64,000 nt of DNA from Ktedonobacteria bacterium (GTDB lineage: Bacteria > Chloroflexota > Ktedonobacteria > Ktedonobacterales > JACDGC01). Made by a program: the position numbers and the translations under genes. A model generated the notes under the pieces. That model did no database searches. It was not told the origin of the DNA and saw only the letters and a program-made list of their open reading frames with translations. The DNA lies in assembly GCA_027459785.1 (NCBI GenBank), contig DAIDGU010000057.1:34150-98149 (forward strand). The letters run 5' to 3'. Each line of letters begins with the position of its first letter. Position 1 is the stretch's first letter. Of the stretch, positions 9,686 to 19,047 are shown piece by piece.

Positions 9686-11106
9686 TCCGCCACCGCTTCC
9701 CAGCCTGGCACGGGGACGATTCCCACGGACAGGCGCACATGGTCATCGTCGTAGCCGAAGGCTGATCCCGGCACACCGGCGATCCCCGTTTGGGCAAAGA
9801 GCGACAAAATACTTTCCCCCGGTGCCAGCCGCGCCCAAACGTAAACCGTGCCGTCATCCTGGGCGTGCGTCTGCGCGAAAAGCGACGTTTGGCGGTTGAG
9901 CGCGTCAAGCTGGCGGATCAGCGCACGCCGGCGCAAGCGATAGAGCGCGCGCAGTTTGGCGCGCAGTTCAGGATGGTCGCGCACCAATTCGTAAAAGGCC
10001 ATAAAGCGCAATTGCCATTCTGCCGGCAACGCTGCCAGCGTGTTCATCCATGCCACGGGCAATCGCTGGGCCAAAGCAGGATCACCGACGGCGACCCAAC
10101 CGAAACGGCTGCCGGTCATCGAAAGGATCTTCGAGAAGCTCCAAAAGGTCATGATTTGCGCCGGATGCGCGTAGTCCGCCAGCGCCTGCACGCGCGCCTG
10201 CTCCACCGCTGGATCGCCGGTGCCGACATACGCCATGTCGGCCAGCAACAGCACGTCCGGGTGGTCCGCCAACACGGCCAGCAACGCGCGCAACTCGTCC
10301 GGCGTGTAGGCGCACGCGGTGGGATTATTGCTGAGCGTGAGGTAGAGCGCCCGCACATCGGGATGCTCGGCCAACGTGGCGGCGAGCTGCGCCGGCGACA
10401 GACGATAGCCGGCCTCCGGCGTGGTGCGCACCGGCACGACCTCCATTCCGATGCTCTGGGCCTGCCACACCATCACGGCATAGCCGGGCGTGGGAAAGAG
10501 CATCCCAGGCCGCACCACATCATGCCATGCGGTCATGCGCAGGCCACGCAAGGTTTTATCGAGCGCATCCAGCGAGCCGATGGCAAGGAGGATCTGGGCG
10601 GGTGGCACCGCCAGCCCCCACTGCGCCACATCCGCGCTGAGCCATGCGCGCAAAACGGGATTGCCCACGCCGCCCAGATCGTACATCTGGAGATCGCTGC
10701 CACGCGCCAGCAGATCTCGTTCGAGCGCCGCCATGCGCTGCCGCAATTCTTGGTAGCGCGCTCCCGTGGCGCGCTGGCCGGCGATCAACTCACCTGGCAG
10801 CGCCACGCCCAGTTCGTCCGCCAAGGTGCGATAATCATACTGGCTATCCTGTTCGACGATACGGCGCAGATCGATATCGCCGATGGTGCGGTTGACGATC
10901 TCCGCGCTGATGAGGTCATCAGGAAAGCCACGCGCGCGACATTCCGCCGTCAAGCCGGTGACGATGCGACTGAGCATCTGAATCGGCTCCCGACTGGCGC
11001 GCAAGGCATCGCCCGCCTGGGCCAGGGCGTCTTGGCGCAGCGCCGCAATCGCCGCCCGCTGGTCCGCTTGCTCTGTAAGTGGCATGAAACCGTCTCCTTT
11101 GCTCAT
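9682..11106 (-). CDS. PLP-dependent aminotransferase (class I/II fold) with a ~130-aa N-terminal extension
   Basis: SFSKILSMTGSRFGW (PLP-Lys context) and LSNNPT. 474 aa. Confidence 0.8.
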   Translation of the reverse strand: MSKGDGFMPLTEQADQRAAIAALRQDALAQAGDALRASREPIQMLSRIVTGLTAECRARGFPDDLISAEIVNRTIGDIDLRRIVEQDSQYDYRTLADELGVALPGELIAGQRATGARYQELRQRMAALERDLLARGSDLQMYDLGGVGNPVLRAWLSADVAQWGLAVPPAQILLAIGSLDALDKTLRGLRMTAWHDVVRPGMLFPTPGYAVMVWQAQSIGMEVVPVRTTPEAGYRLSPAQLAATLAEHPDVRALYLTLSNNPTACAYTPDELRALLAVLADHPDVLLLADMAYVGTGDPAVEQARVQALADYAHPAQIMTFWSFSKILSMTGSRFGWVAVGDPALAQRLPVAWMNTLAALPAEWQLRFMAFYELVRDHPELRAKLRALYRLRRRALIRQLDALNRQTSLFAQTHAQDDGTVYVWARLAPGESILSLFAQTGIAGVPGSAFGYDDDHVRLSVGIVPVPGWEAVAE

Positions 11107-11127
11107 TTCACTCTAACACATTGGGAA

Positions 11128-11143
11128 TGTTCCACGTGGAACA
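11128..11143. repeat. palindrome copy 3 (TGTTCCACGTGGAACA)
   Basis: Exact 16-mer in the divergent region between the aminotransferase (-) and the biotin carboxylase (+). Confidence 0.95.
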
Positions 11144-11212
11144 CTTGCAGTCCGTGCCTTCCAGTGGATACCATGAGAGCGTGCATTCACCATGAGGAGA
11201 ATAGAAGATCCG

Positions 11213-12790
11213 ATGCCGAATCCCCTGGCCGGCGAAACCGCCACGTTCCCGTTCGATACCGTCCTGATCGCTAATCGCGGCGAGATCGCCGTGCGCATTA
11301 TCCGCGCCTGCCGCGACCTGGGGCTGCGCAGTGTGGCCGTGTATAGCGATGCTGACCGGCTGGCGACGCATGTGCGCCTGGCCGATCTGGCCGTCTACAT
11401 CGGTCCCGCCGTCGCCAGTGCCAGCTACCTCAACATCCCACGCATCATCGAGGCGGCCCAACAGACCGGTGCGGGCGCGATCCACCCCGGCTATGGCTTT
11501 CTGTCGGAGAACGCGCACTTCGCGCAGGCGTGTGCGGATGCCGGCATCATCTTCGTCGGCCCGCCGGCGGCAGTGCAGACGGCGCTGGGCGAAAAGACCT
11601 CCGCGCGGCGCATCGCCATCGAGGCCAACGTGCCAATCGCGCCAGGCGTGAACAAAGACATCACGGATGCCGCTGAGGCGCGCACCCTGGCCGAGGAGAT
11701 CGGCTATCCCGTCTTGCTGAAGGCGGCGGCGGGCGGTGGCGGCAAGGGTATCCGCTTCATCTATCAACCGGACGAGATGGAAGCAGCGCTGGGCCAGGCG
11801 CGGGCCGAGGCGCTCGCCGCCTTTGGCGACAGCACCGTCTATCTGGAAAAAGCCATTCATCCCGCGCGGCATATCGAAGTGCAGATCATGGCCGATACAC
11901 ATGGCAACGTCATTCACCTGGGCGAGCGCGAATGCTCGTTGCAGCGCCGCCACCAGAAGCTGGTCGAAGAATCGCCCTCCGTCGCGCTGGACCCCGCCCT
12001 GCGCGCGGCGATCACCGGCGCGGCGGTGCGGCTGGCGCAACGCTGTGGCTATGTCAGCGCCGGCACGGTCGAGTTTTTGTTAGGCCCAAACGGGCAGTTT
12101 TACTTCATGGAAGTCAACACGCGCTTGCAGGTGGAACATCCCGTCACCGAATGGTGTACCGGGCTGGATCTGGTGCGCGAGCAGTTGCGCGTTGCGGCGG
12201 GCTTGCCGCTCACCGTCCAGCAAGAGGATGTCGTCTTTCGCGGCCATGCCATCGAGTGCCGCATCACAGCGGAAGATTCCTACAATCGCTTCCTGCCCGC
12301 GACCGGCACCGTCGCCCATCTGCGCGAACCCAGCGGGCCAGGCGTGCGCGTGGATAGCGCGCTCTATCCCGGCATGGAACTCTCGCTCTTCTACGATTCG
12401 CTGCTGGCTAAACTCATCGTCTGGGGACCAGATCGCGCCACGGCCATCGCGCGCTCCCTGCGCGCCCTGCGGGAATACGTGATCACCGGCACGAAGACGA
12501 CGATCCCTTTCGCCCAATTCGCGCTGGCCCATCCGCGCTTCATCGCCGGCGATCTCTCGCTGGACTTCATCGCCCAGACCTGGGACGCCGCCCTCCAAGA
12601 GTTGCAAGCGCAGCCGGAGATGCCAATAGCGGATGGTGCAACTGCGCCCACGAACGCGAGTGCGCCCGCGCTGGCCGCCGCCCTGCAAGCCGCCGGTGGC
12701 AGCGTCACCTCGGCAACGACCACGAATGGCAACGCGCCCGTCACGTCCGGTAGCCGCTGGCGCGACGCGGGCCGCACCTGGGGACGCTAG
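11213..12790 (+). CDS. accC: biotin carboxylase (acetyl-CoA/acyl-CoA carboxylase subunit) with an Ala-rich C-terminal tail
   Basis: FDTVLIANRGEIAVRIIRACRDLG, GYPVLLKAAAGGGGKGI and EVNTRLQVEHPVTE. AGGAGA sits upstream of the ATG at 11213. No BCCP or carboxyltransferase gene is adjacent. Confidence 0.9.
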   Translation: MPNPLAGETATFPFDTVLIANRGEIAVRIIRACRDLGLRSVAVYSDADRLATHVRLADLAVYIGPAVASASYLNIPRIIEAAQQTGAGAIHPGYGFLSENAHFAQACADAGIIFVGPPAAVQTALGEKTSARRIAIEANVPIAPGVNKDITDAAEARTLAEEIGYPVLLKAAAGGGGKGIRFIYQPDEMEAALGQARAEALAAFGDSTVYLEKAIHPARHIEVQIMADTHGNVIHLGERECSLQRRHQKLVEESPSVALDPALRAAITGAAVRLAQRCGYVSAGTVEFLLGPNGQFYFMEVNTRLQVEHPVTEWCTGLDLVREQLRVAAGLPLTVQQEDVVFRGHAIECRITAEDSYNRFLPATGTVAHLREPSGPGVRVDSALYPGMELSLFYDSLLAKLIVWGPDRATAIARSLRALREYVITGTKTTIPFAQFALAHPRFIAGDLSLDFIAQTWDAALQELQAQPEMPIADGATAPTNASAPALAAALQAAGGSVTSATTTNGNAPVTSGSRWRDAGRTWGR

Positions 12791-13590
12791 TGCCGCTGAG
12801 GGTTGCGATTGCCGCGCCAGGCGATGGCGGTGGCTCCGGCCAGCGCGGGGACGCCCAACACGACCAGCAGCGAAAAAGGCTGCGTGTCGGCATACAGCGA
12901 GCGCACGCCGGGCGGGATGGCGCTGGCGATGGCGCTGAGATCCCAGTTGGGTGAAGGATTACCCACGGCTTGCGGCACCTGGCTGAAGATGCCATGCTCA
13001 TTCGGCAAGAAGTGGAAGGCGGAGAAAGGCCAATAAACGAGGGTCGCTTTGCCGATGATCTCGCTGCGATCCACCGGCCCCCATTCGCGCGAATCTGAGC
13101 TACCGCCCCGGTTATCACCGAGAACGTAGTATTGATTCGCGCCCAATGTGATGCTGCGCGGGCCATAAAAATTATCGAGATCGTTGACATAGGGTTCGTT
13201 AAGGGTCGTGCCGTTGACGCTGACTTTGCCCGCCTCATCGACTTCCACGTGATCGCCGGGGAGGCCGATGATACGTTTGATATAGTTCTTGGTACGGTCG
13301 AGCGGATACTCGAAGACGATGATATCGCCGCGCTGTGGCTGACTGAAATCATAGGTAAGCTTATCCACCAGGACGAACTGACTATTTTGCAGGGTCGGTA
13401 ACATGCTGGTGCCATCGACCTGAAAATCTTGCACGGCGAAACGAATGACCAGAAACATGAGGACGGTCAGCACCAATGTCTCGCCGATATCGATCAGCAA
13501 TTGCCAGGTCGGTGAAAGGCGCGGCTTCTCCTCATAGGCGAAGTCACGTGCGAATTCGTTGCTTGCAGGCGCGATCCCTTTATTGCGCAT
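12787..13590 (-). CDS. lepB: signal peptidase I
   Basis: GTSMLPTL (catalytic Ser), KRIIGLPGD (Lys) and GDNRGGSSDSR boxes. Its stop overlaps the accC stop within CTAG. Confidence 0.85.
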   Translation of the reverse strand: MRNKGIAPASNEFARDFAYEEKPRLSPTWQLLIDIGETLVLTVLMFLVIRFAVQDFQVDGTSMLPTLQNSQFVLVDKLTYDFSQPQRGDIIVFEYPLDRTKNYIKRIIGLPGDHVEVDEAGKVSVNGTTLNEPYVNDLDNFYGPRSITLGANQYYVLGDNRGGSSDSREWGPVDRSEIIGKATLVYWPFSAFHFLPNEHGIFSQVPQAVGNPSPNWDLSAIASAIPPGVRSLYADTQPFSLLVVLGVPALAGATAIAWRGNRNPQRH

Positions 13591-13623
13591 CCGGCCCCAG
13601 CCCCTTCCTCTGCTTACGCTCCA

Positions 13624-14013
13624 TCAGCCAACCGCCACTTTGGGCCTGATAAGCGTCTGCACCCGTTCAGTGATATGGTTCGCGCTATCAACGAAAACCT
13701 TGATCGGCGCGAGGTCACGGATCTCGTCTGCGGTATAGTGTCCATAGCTGATGATAATGACCAAATCGCCTACCGCACCCAGTCGCGCCGCCGCCCCATT
13801 CAGCCCGATGACACCAGAATGGGCCGAGCCGGGAATGACATACGTCTCGAAGCGCCCGCCGGTATTGATATTGACGATCTGCACTTGCTCATAGGGCAAG
13901 AGATCTGCGCTCGCCATCAATTCGGCGTCGATTGTGATGCTGCCCTCATAATTGAGATCAGTTTGAGTCAAGGTCGCCCGGTGGATTTTCGATTTGCACA
14001 TGGTTCGTTGCAT
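13624..14013 (-). CDS. panD: aspartate 1-decarboxylase
   Basis: [29 protein letters not shown], including the Gly-Ser self-cleavage site. Confidence 0.9.
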   Translation of the reverse strand: MQRTMCKSKIHRATLTQTDLNYEGSITIDAELMASADLLPYEQVQIVNINTGGRFETYVIPGSAHSGVIGLNGAAARLGAVGDLVIIISYGHYTADEIRDLAPIKVFVDSANHITERVQTLIRPKVAVG

Positions 14014-14192
14014 GAAGCGTCTGCTCCTGTAGGAATGATCGGTATAAGGTGTCCTCTGTATCATACGCCTCCGTGGGTGCGGGAAACAAGTGACAGGCAC
14101 CACATCGCGCCGAAAAGGCTATGCCACATGCGGCGACTATGGTACAATGATGGCGACCACGACGGAACATCACCGATACCCTCCATTCCAGG

Positions 14193-16151
14193 TTGCACAT
14201 GCCGCCGGGAGATGAAAGCGAGCGATGGATGCCAGACCAGCCGGTACATCCCATGACGAATCCCTATGGGAATTATGCCCCTGAGCCGACGCCCCAGACA
14301 GTGCGCCGGTATCGCCGTCCCTCGCTCACCGGCTCGCCGAGTGACTCGCTCGTCGGCCCCGACAGCATGCCCATCGAGGTGCAATCGCTCAACATCCCTG
14401 GTACGCTGGGTATCGATGACCAAGCCTCCGCACAGGTACGCGCCTATCGCATGCCGGCCCTGCCGGAAGAGGGACCGGCATCTGCCAAGGTGCGTGCCTA
14501 TCGTAAGGGCCAAATGGCGCTGGCGACCTCCATCATCACCGGCTCGTTCATCATCAGCCGCATCTTAGGCGTGGCACGTACAACCTTCTTCGCCAGCGTC
14601 TTCGGCGCGACCACCGCCGCCAATGCGTACACGTTCGCATTCGTCTTGCCAAACACGGTGTATAACATCGTCGCTGGCGGCGCACTCAGTTCGGCCTTCA
14701 TTCCGATCTTCGCCGACTACTTCATCGAGCGCAACGAGAAAAAGACCGCCTGGCATATCACCAGCGCGGCGCTGAATACTTCTGTCTTCGCATTGGCGAT
14801 ATTCGCGGCCATCGCGGCCTATTTCACGCCACAGCTCGCGCATCTTTACGCGACGGGCCTCTTTCCCGCGCACCCTACGCCAGAACAAGCGCAGGAAGCC
14901 CAACAGGTGATCCTGCTCTCGCGCATCATGCTGATCCAGCCGGTGCTGCTGGGCATCTCGGTGATCACCACCTCCGTGCTGCAAGCGCGCCAACGCTTCC
15001 TGCTGCCCGCGATTGGCTCGGTACTCTACAATGTCGGCCTGATCGGCGGCATCGCGGCGACCGTCATCGACAACAAGTACCATATCTTCGGTGGCAATCT
15101 GGGCATCCTTGGTCCCACGTGGGGCGTGGTCATCGCGGCCTTCTTGCAGCTTGTCATCCAGATCCCCGGCCTGATCACCGGCGGGATGCACTACTCGTTG
15201 ACCTTGGACATTCTGCATCCCGGCGTGCGCCAGATGTATAAGCTGATGGCTCCGCGCTTCGTCAATTCCATCGCGCTCTACGCTTCGACCTTCGTCGTCA
15301 GCGGCCTGATCTCACTGGCCAATTCCGCCGACGCAGCGTATTACGGCTACCAGCAGGCATTCCAGTTGATCTTGCTGCCGATTGGCATCTTCGGCATGGC
15401 GGTGGGCCAGGCGGCCTTCCCGACGCTGGCGACGCTGGTGGTGGCGAAGGATTGGGAGCGCATGCGCCAGATCGTGTTCTCGACGGTGCGTATCATCCTG
15501 TTCCTGGCGATCCCGGCGAGCCTGGGGATGATGGTGCTGGCGGAGCCGATCACACGGCTGCTCTTCGTCCATGGCCAATTCGCTTTGAGCCAGGAATCGC
15601 TGGTCTATGTGCCAATGATCTATTTCGCGCTCGGCATCCCCGGCCTGGCGCTGATCGAGATCCTGGTGCGCTCCTACTATGCCCTGCAAGACTCGCGCAC
15701 GGCGGTCGAAGTGGGCGTGGTCGAGTTGTTTTTCATGATCGGCCTGAGCGTGTTGCTGCTGCAACCACTGGGCGTCGGCGGCGTGGCACTGGCCACCAGC
15801 ATCGGGTCCACCGGCGAAGCCGTGGTGCTGCTGTTACTGTTGCGTCCGCGCCTGGGCTGGTTCTCGTTGCGCCCGCTCTTCAACTTCCTGGCGGGCGTGG
15901 TGGCCGCGAGCCTGGTGGCGACGCTGGCCGCGCTGCTGACGTATACGCTGCTGGAAGTCGCCATCCCCCATTACGAATCGACGACGCTCAATAACCTGGC
16001 GCTGGCAGGCCAACTGACGGCGGCGGCCATCGTTGGCGGCGGCGTCTACTACCTGGGCGCACGCTTTCTGCACATCGACGACACCCTGCCCATCAACCGC
16101 ATCTTTGGCCGCATTCTAGGCAAAGTGGGGCTGCGCAAACGGCTGGCGTAA
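14193..16151 (+). CDS. murJ: lipid II flippase MurJ/MviN (N-terminal extension uncertain; alternative start 14514)
   Basis: Polytopic protein. ...IISRILGVARTTFFASVFG is the typical MurJ N-terminus. The track ORF starts at a TTG 107 codons upstream, in a Pro-rich region. Confidence 0.85.
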   Translation: MHMPPGDESERWMPDQPVHPMTNPYGNYAPEPTPQTVRRYRRPSLTGSPSDSLVGPDSMPIEVQSLNIPGTLGIDDQASAQVRAYRMPALPEEGPASAKVRAYRKGQMALATSIITGSFIISRILGVARTTFFASVFGATTAANAYTFAFVLPNTVYNIVAGGALSSAFIPIFADYFIERNEKKTAWHITSAALNTSVFALAIFAAIAAYFTPQLAHLYATGLFPAHPTPEQAQEAQQVILLSRIMLIQPVLLGISVITTSVLQARQRFLLPAIGSVLYNVGLIGGIAATVIDNKYHIFGGNLGILGPTWGVVIAAFLQLVIQIPGLITGGMHYSLTLDILHPGVRQMYKLMAPRFVNSIALYASTFVVSGLISLANSADAAYYGYQQAFQLILLPIGIFGMAVGQAAFPTLATLVVAKDWERMRQIVFSTVRIILFLAIPASLGMMVLAEPITRLLFVHGQFALSQESLVYVPMIYFALGIPGLALIEILVRSYYALQDSRTAVEVGVVELFFMIGLSVLLLQPLGVGGVALATSIGSTGEAVVLLLLLRPRLGWFSLRPLFNFLAGVVAASLVATLAALLTYTLLEVAIPHYESTTLNNLALAGQLTAAAIVGGGVYYLGARFLHIDDTLPINRIFGRILGKVGLRKRLA

Positions 16152-16298
16152 TGTTTGTTGCATATACAAAATCTTCGCCGTGCTGGCCGGAATCATGCTG
16201 CTGTATTGCGCGTCGCAGATGGTGAATCCCACCCTGTTGCACGTGGAAGAGGTGCCAACTGCACGGCTGGAACCTGTCGTCTGAACCGTCGCTTCGCC

Positions 16299-16327
16299 TT
16301 GCCTCGCATGCCCGCTCGTGCTACAAT
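16299..16327 (+). promoter_or_regulatory. candidate sigma70-type promoter of the CDF gene
   Basis: TTGCCT, a 17-nt spacer, then TACAAT. It lies ~45 nt upstream of the ATG at 16374. Confidence 0.4.
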
Positions 16328-16373
16328 GAAAAGGAAGGGAATATCGAGCCGACAGGGAGCAGAGGAGACGCAC

Positions 16374-17360
16374 ATGACCATCCACCATGAGCAAGGCCAC
16401 AACCATGCCCACGGGATGGCGGGGACCAGGCTGCGTACCGCATTCCTGCTGACCATCCTCATCCTGGTGGTGGAACTTGTCGGCGGCATCGCCTCGCATT
16501 CCCTCGCGTTGCTCTCGGATGCCGGCCATGTGCTGACAGACATCGTCGCGCTGGGCCTGGCCTGGTTCGCCACCGTGCGCGCCGCGAAACCTGCGGATGC
16601 GCGCAACACCTTCGGCTACCACCGGACGGGCATCCTCGCCGCGCTCCTCAACGCCGGCACGCTGATCCTCATCGTCGCGTGGATCGCGTATGAGGCCATC
16701 GGGCGCTTGCGCCATCCCGCCGCCGTGACGCCGTGGATCATGTTCGCGTCCGCCGCCGTGGGCATCGCCGTGAACCTCTTCATCGCGCTGGGCTTGCGCG
16801 CGGAGGGCGGCACGAACCTGAACGTGCGCGCGGCGATGCTGCACGCGCTAGGCGATATCGGCGCATCCGCCGGCGTCATCGTGGGTGGTTTGGTAATCCT
16901 GCTGACTGGCTGGCAATATGCCGACCCGATCATCTCGCTCCTCATCGCGCTCCTGATCGCCAAGGGCGCATGGGATCTGCTGGCGGAGACGGTGGACATC
17001 CTGATGGAAGCGACGCCGCGCGACCTCAACGTGGCGCAACTGGTGCGCGATGTGGTGAAGGTTCCTGGCGTCAACGACGTGCATGACCTGCATATCTGGT
17101 CCATCGCGGGCGGCATGCGGCTGCTCTCCGCGCACGTGCTGGTGGCTGACAATCGCCCCCTCGCCGAATGTGACGCCTTGATTGAACGCATCCACTGCCT
17201 GATGTGCGAACAGTACGGCATCCAGCACACGACGCTGCAACTGGAACGAGCGGGATGCGCGCAAGGTGACCTTTACTGCGCCCTGCCGGAACATGAACAC
17301 GATCACGGCCAGGAACACGCGCACGACCACAACCACGCCCATACAACGGCGGGCCGGTAA
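16374..17360 (+). CDS. cation diffusion facilitator metal efflux protein (CzcD/ZitB-like)
   Basis: His-rich N- and C-termini. HSLALLSDAGHVLTD and HDLHIWS are CDF signatures. Confidence 0.9.
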   Translation: MTIHHEQGHNHAHGMAGTRLRTAFLLTILILVVELVGGIASHSLALLSDAGHVLTDIVALGLAWFATVRAAKPADARNTFGYHRTGILAALLNAGTLILIVAWIAYEAIGRLRHPAAVTPWIMFASAAVGIAVNLFIALGLRAEGGTNLNVRAAMLHALGDIGASAGVIVGGLVILLTGWQYADPIISLLIALLIAKGAWDLLAETVDILMEATPRDLNVAQLVRDVVKVPGVNDVHDLHIWSIAGGMRLLSAHVLVADNRPLAECDALIERIHCLMCEQYGIQHTTLQLERAGCAQGDLYCALPEHEHDHGQEHAHDHNHAHTTAGR

Positions 17361-17397
17361 TCCGCGCTGGCGCTCACGCAGCCGCAATACGGCGACC

Positions 17398-17480
17398 GGC
17401 AACCGATGCGCCTCCCAACGACCAACACGGCTCCTGGCAACCAATGCGGCTCCCGACGACCAACACGGCTCCCGACAACC
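17398..17480. repeat. ~38-bp tandem repeat (about 2.2 copies)
   Basis: GGCAACCGATGCGCCTCCCAACGACCAACACGGCTCCT followed by GGCAACCAATGCGGCTCCCGACGACCAACACGGCTCCC. Confidence 0.6.
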
Positions 17481-17528
17481 CTCGCATCCCGCGCTGTCTG
17501 CTCCGTGATCCTCCATCCTTGTGTAAAG

Positions 17529-17544
17529 TGTTCCACGTGGAACA
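17529..17544. repeat. palindrome copy 4 (TGTTCCACGTGGAACA)
   Basis: Exact 16-mer, ~95 nt upstream of the first M20 peptidase start. Confidence 0.95.
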
Positions 17545-17637
17545 TAGGGCGTGGTACACTGTGCATGGCGTATGATGGCTATCACCCCTCTGGTGGCGCG
17601 TATGCCGCTCGATCACACAGCGATGAGGTAGCAGAGC

Positions 17638-19047
17638 ATGGCCGTTTCATCCCAAACACAGGCCGTTCATGCGTATATCGATCAGCACCGCGACGATTAC
17701 CTGAACGACCTCAAAACTTTTCTGCGCATCCCCAGCATCAGTACCTTGCCCAAGCATAAAAAGGACATGCAGCGGGCGGCGGAGTTCGTTCAGCAACAAC
17801 TGACGGCTGCCCGCATGGAGAACGTGCGGTTGATCGACATGGGCGGTGCGCCGCTCGTCGCCGGCGAATGGCTGCATGCCGCCGGCAAACCGACGATCCT
17901 GATCTATGGGCATTACGACGTGCAACCGGTCGATCCCGAACACCTGTGGGAGTCGAAGCCCTTCGAGCCGACGATCCGCGACGGCAAGATCTATGCGCGC
18001 GGCGCGACGGACGACAAGGGCCAGGTGCTGGCGATGATCGAAGGCGTGAAGGCGCTGATGGCAGCGGCGGGCAAGCTGCCCGTCAACGTGCGCTTTTTGA
18101 TCGAGGGCGAAGAAGAGTACGGTGGCGCGGGCATCGAAAAGTACGTGACCGAGCGCGCGGAGGAGATCCCCTGCGACGCCGTGCTGATCGCCGACACGCA
18201 CATGCTCGGCCCCGGCCTGCCCTCCATCGTCTATGGCACACGCGGCATTCTATTCGCCGAGATCGTGGCGCGGGGCGCGGCCCACGACCTGCATTCCGGC
18301 ACGTATGGTGGCGTCGCGCCGAATCCGCTGCACGCGCTGGCACTGATCATCGCCGGACTGAAAGGCAAGGACGGCGCGATCAAGCTGCCCGGCCTCGAAA
18401 AACTGGCCAAACCGGTGACGGACGAGGAGCGCGGCTGGTGGGCGCAACATCCCGGCTCGGTGGAAGAGCGCTTGCAGCGTGAGATGGGCGTGGGCGTTTT
18501 CCCCGGCGAGCAGGAGTTTGCGCCGACTGAGCGGATGGCGGCGCGGGCGACCTTCGAGGTCCACGGCTTTGTCGGCGGCTTTCAGGACGAAGGCGCGAAG
18601 ACGGTTATTCCGGCGGAGGCCAAGGTGAAAGTGAGCCTGCGCCTGGTGCCGGATCAGACGCCGGACAATGTGCTGCCCCTGCTGCGCAAACAGGTCGCCA
18701 AGCTTACCCCGCCGGGCGTCCAGACCGACGTGCAACTCGTGCATGGTGGCCTGGGCATGGTTGTCGATGTGCATAACCCGTACATCGAGGCGGCCAGCGC
18801 GGCGCTCAGCGAAGAGTATAACCACCCAACGTATTTTCTGCGCGAGGGTGGCTCGATTCCCATCGCGCCGCTTTTCATGGAACGCTTGCACGCGCCCATC
18901 GTTTTCGCTGGCTACGGTCTGGCGGATGAAGGCTTGCACGCGCCCAACGAGCATTTCAACCTTGACAATTTTTATCACGGCATTCACGGCACCGTGCGCT
19001 ATCTAGAACACGTCGCCACTATCAAGGGAGGTCGGCATGGCAAGTGA
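17638..19047 (+). CDS. M20-family dipeptidase/acylase
   Basis: ILIYGHYDVQP, ARGATDDKGQ and FLIEGEEE metal-binding motifs. Confidence 0.85.
   Translation: MAVSSQTQAVHAYIDQHRDDYLNDLKTFLRIPSISTLPKHKKDMQRAAEFVQQQLTAARMENVRLIDMGGAPLVAGEWLHAAGKPTILIYGHYDVQPVDPEHLWESKPFEPTIRDGKIYARGATDDKGQVLAMIEGVKALMAAAGKLPVNVRFLIEGEEEYGGAGIEKYVTERAEEIPCDAVLIADTHMLGPGLPSIVYGTRGILFAEIVARGAAHDLHSGTYGGVAPNPLHALALIIAGLKGKDGAIKLPGLEKLAKPVTDEERGWWAQHPGSVEERLQREMGVGVFPGEQEFAPTERMAARATFEVHGFVGGFQDEGAKTVIPAEAKVKVSLRLVPDQTPDNVLPLLRKQVAKLTPPGVQTDVQLVHGGLGMVVDVHNPYIEAASAALSEEYNHPTYFLREGGSIPIAPLFMERLHAPIVFAGYGLADEGLHAPNEHFNLDNFYHGIHGTVRYLEHVATIKGGRHGK

Noticed and set aside
16328-16373. Metal (NiCo/czcD-type) riboswitch upstream of the CDF exporter.
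   Set aside because: With the candidate promoter at 16299..16327 the leader is only ~45 nt, too short for that riboswitch class. No paired-helix architecture is evident.
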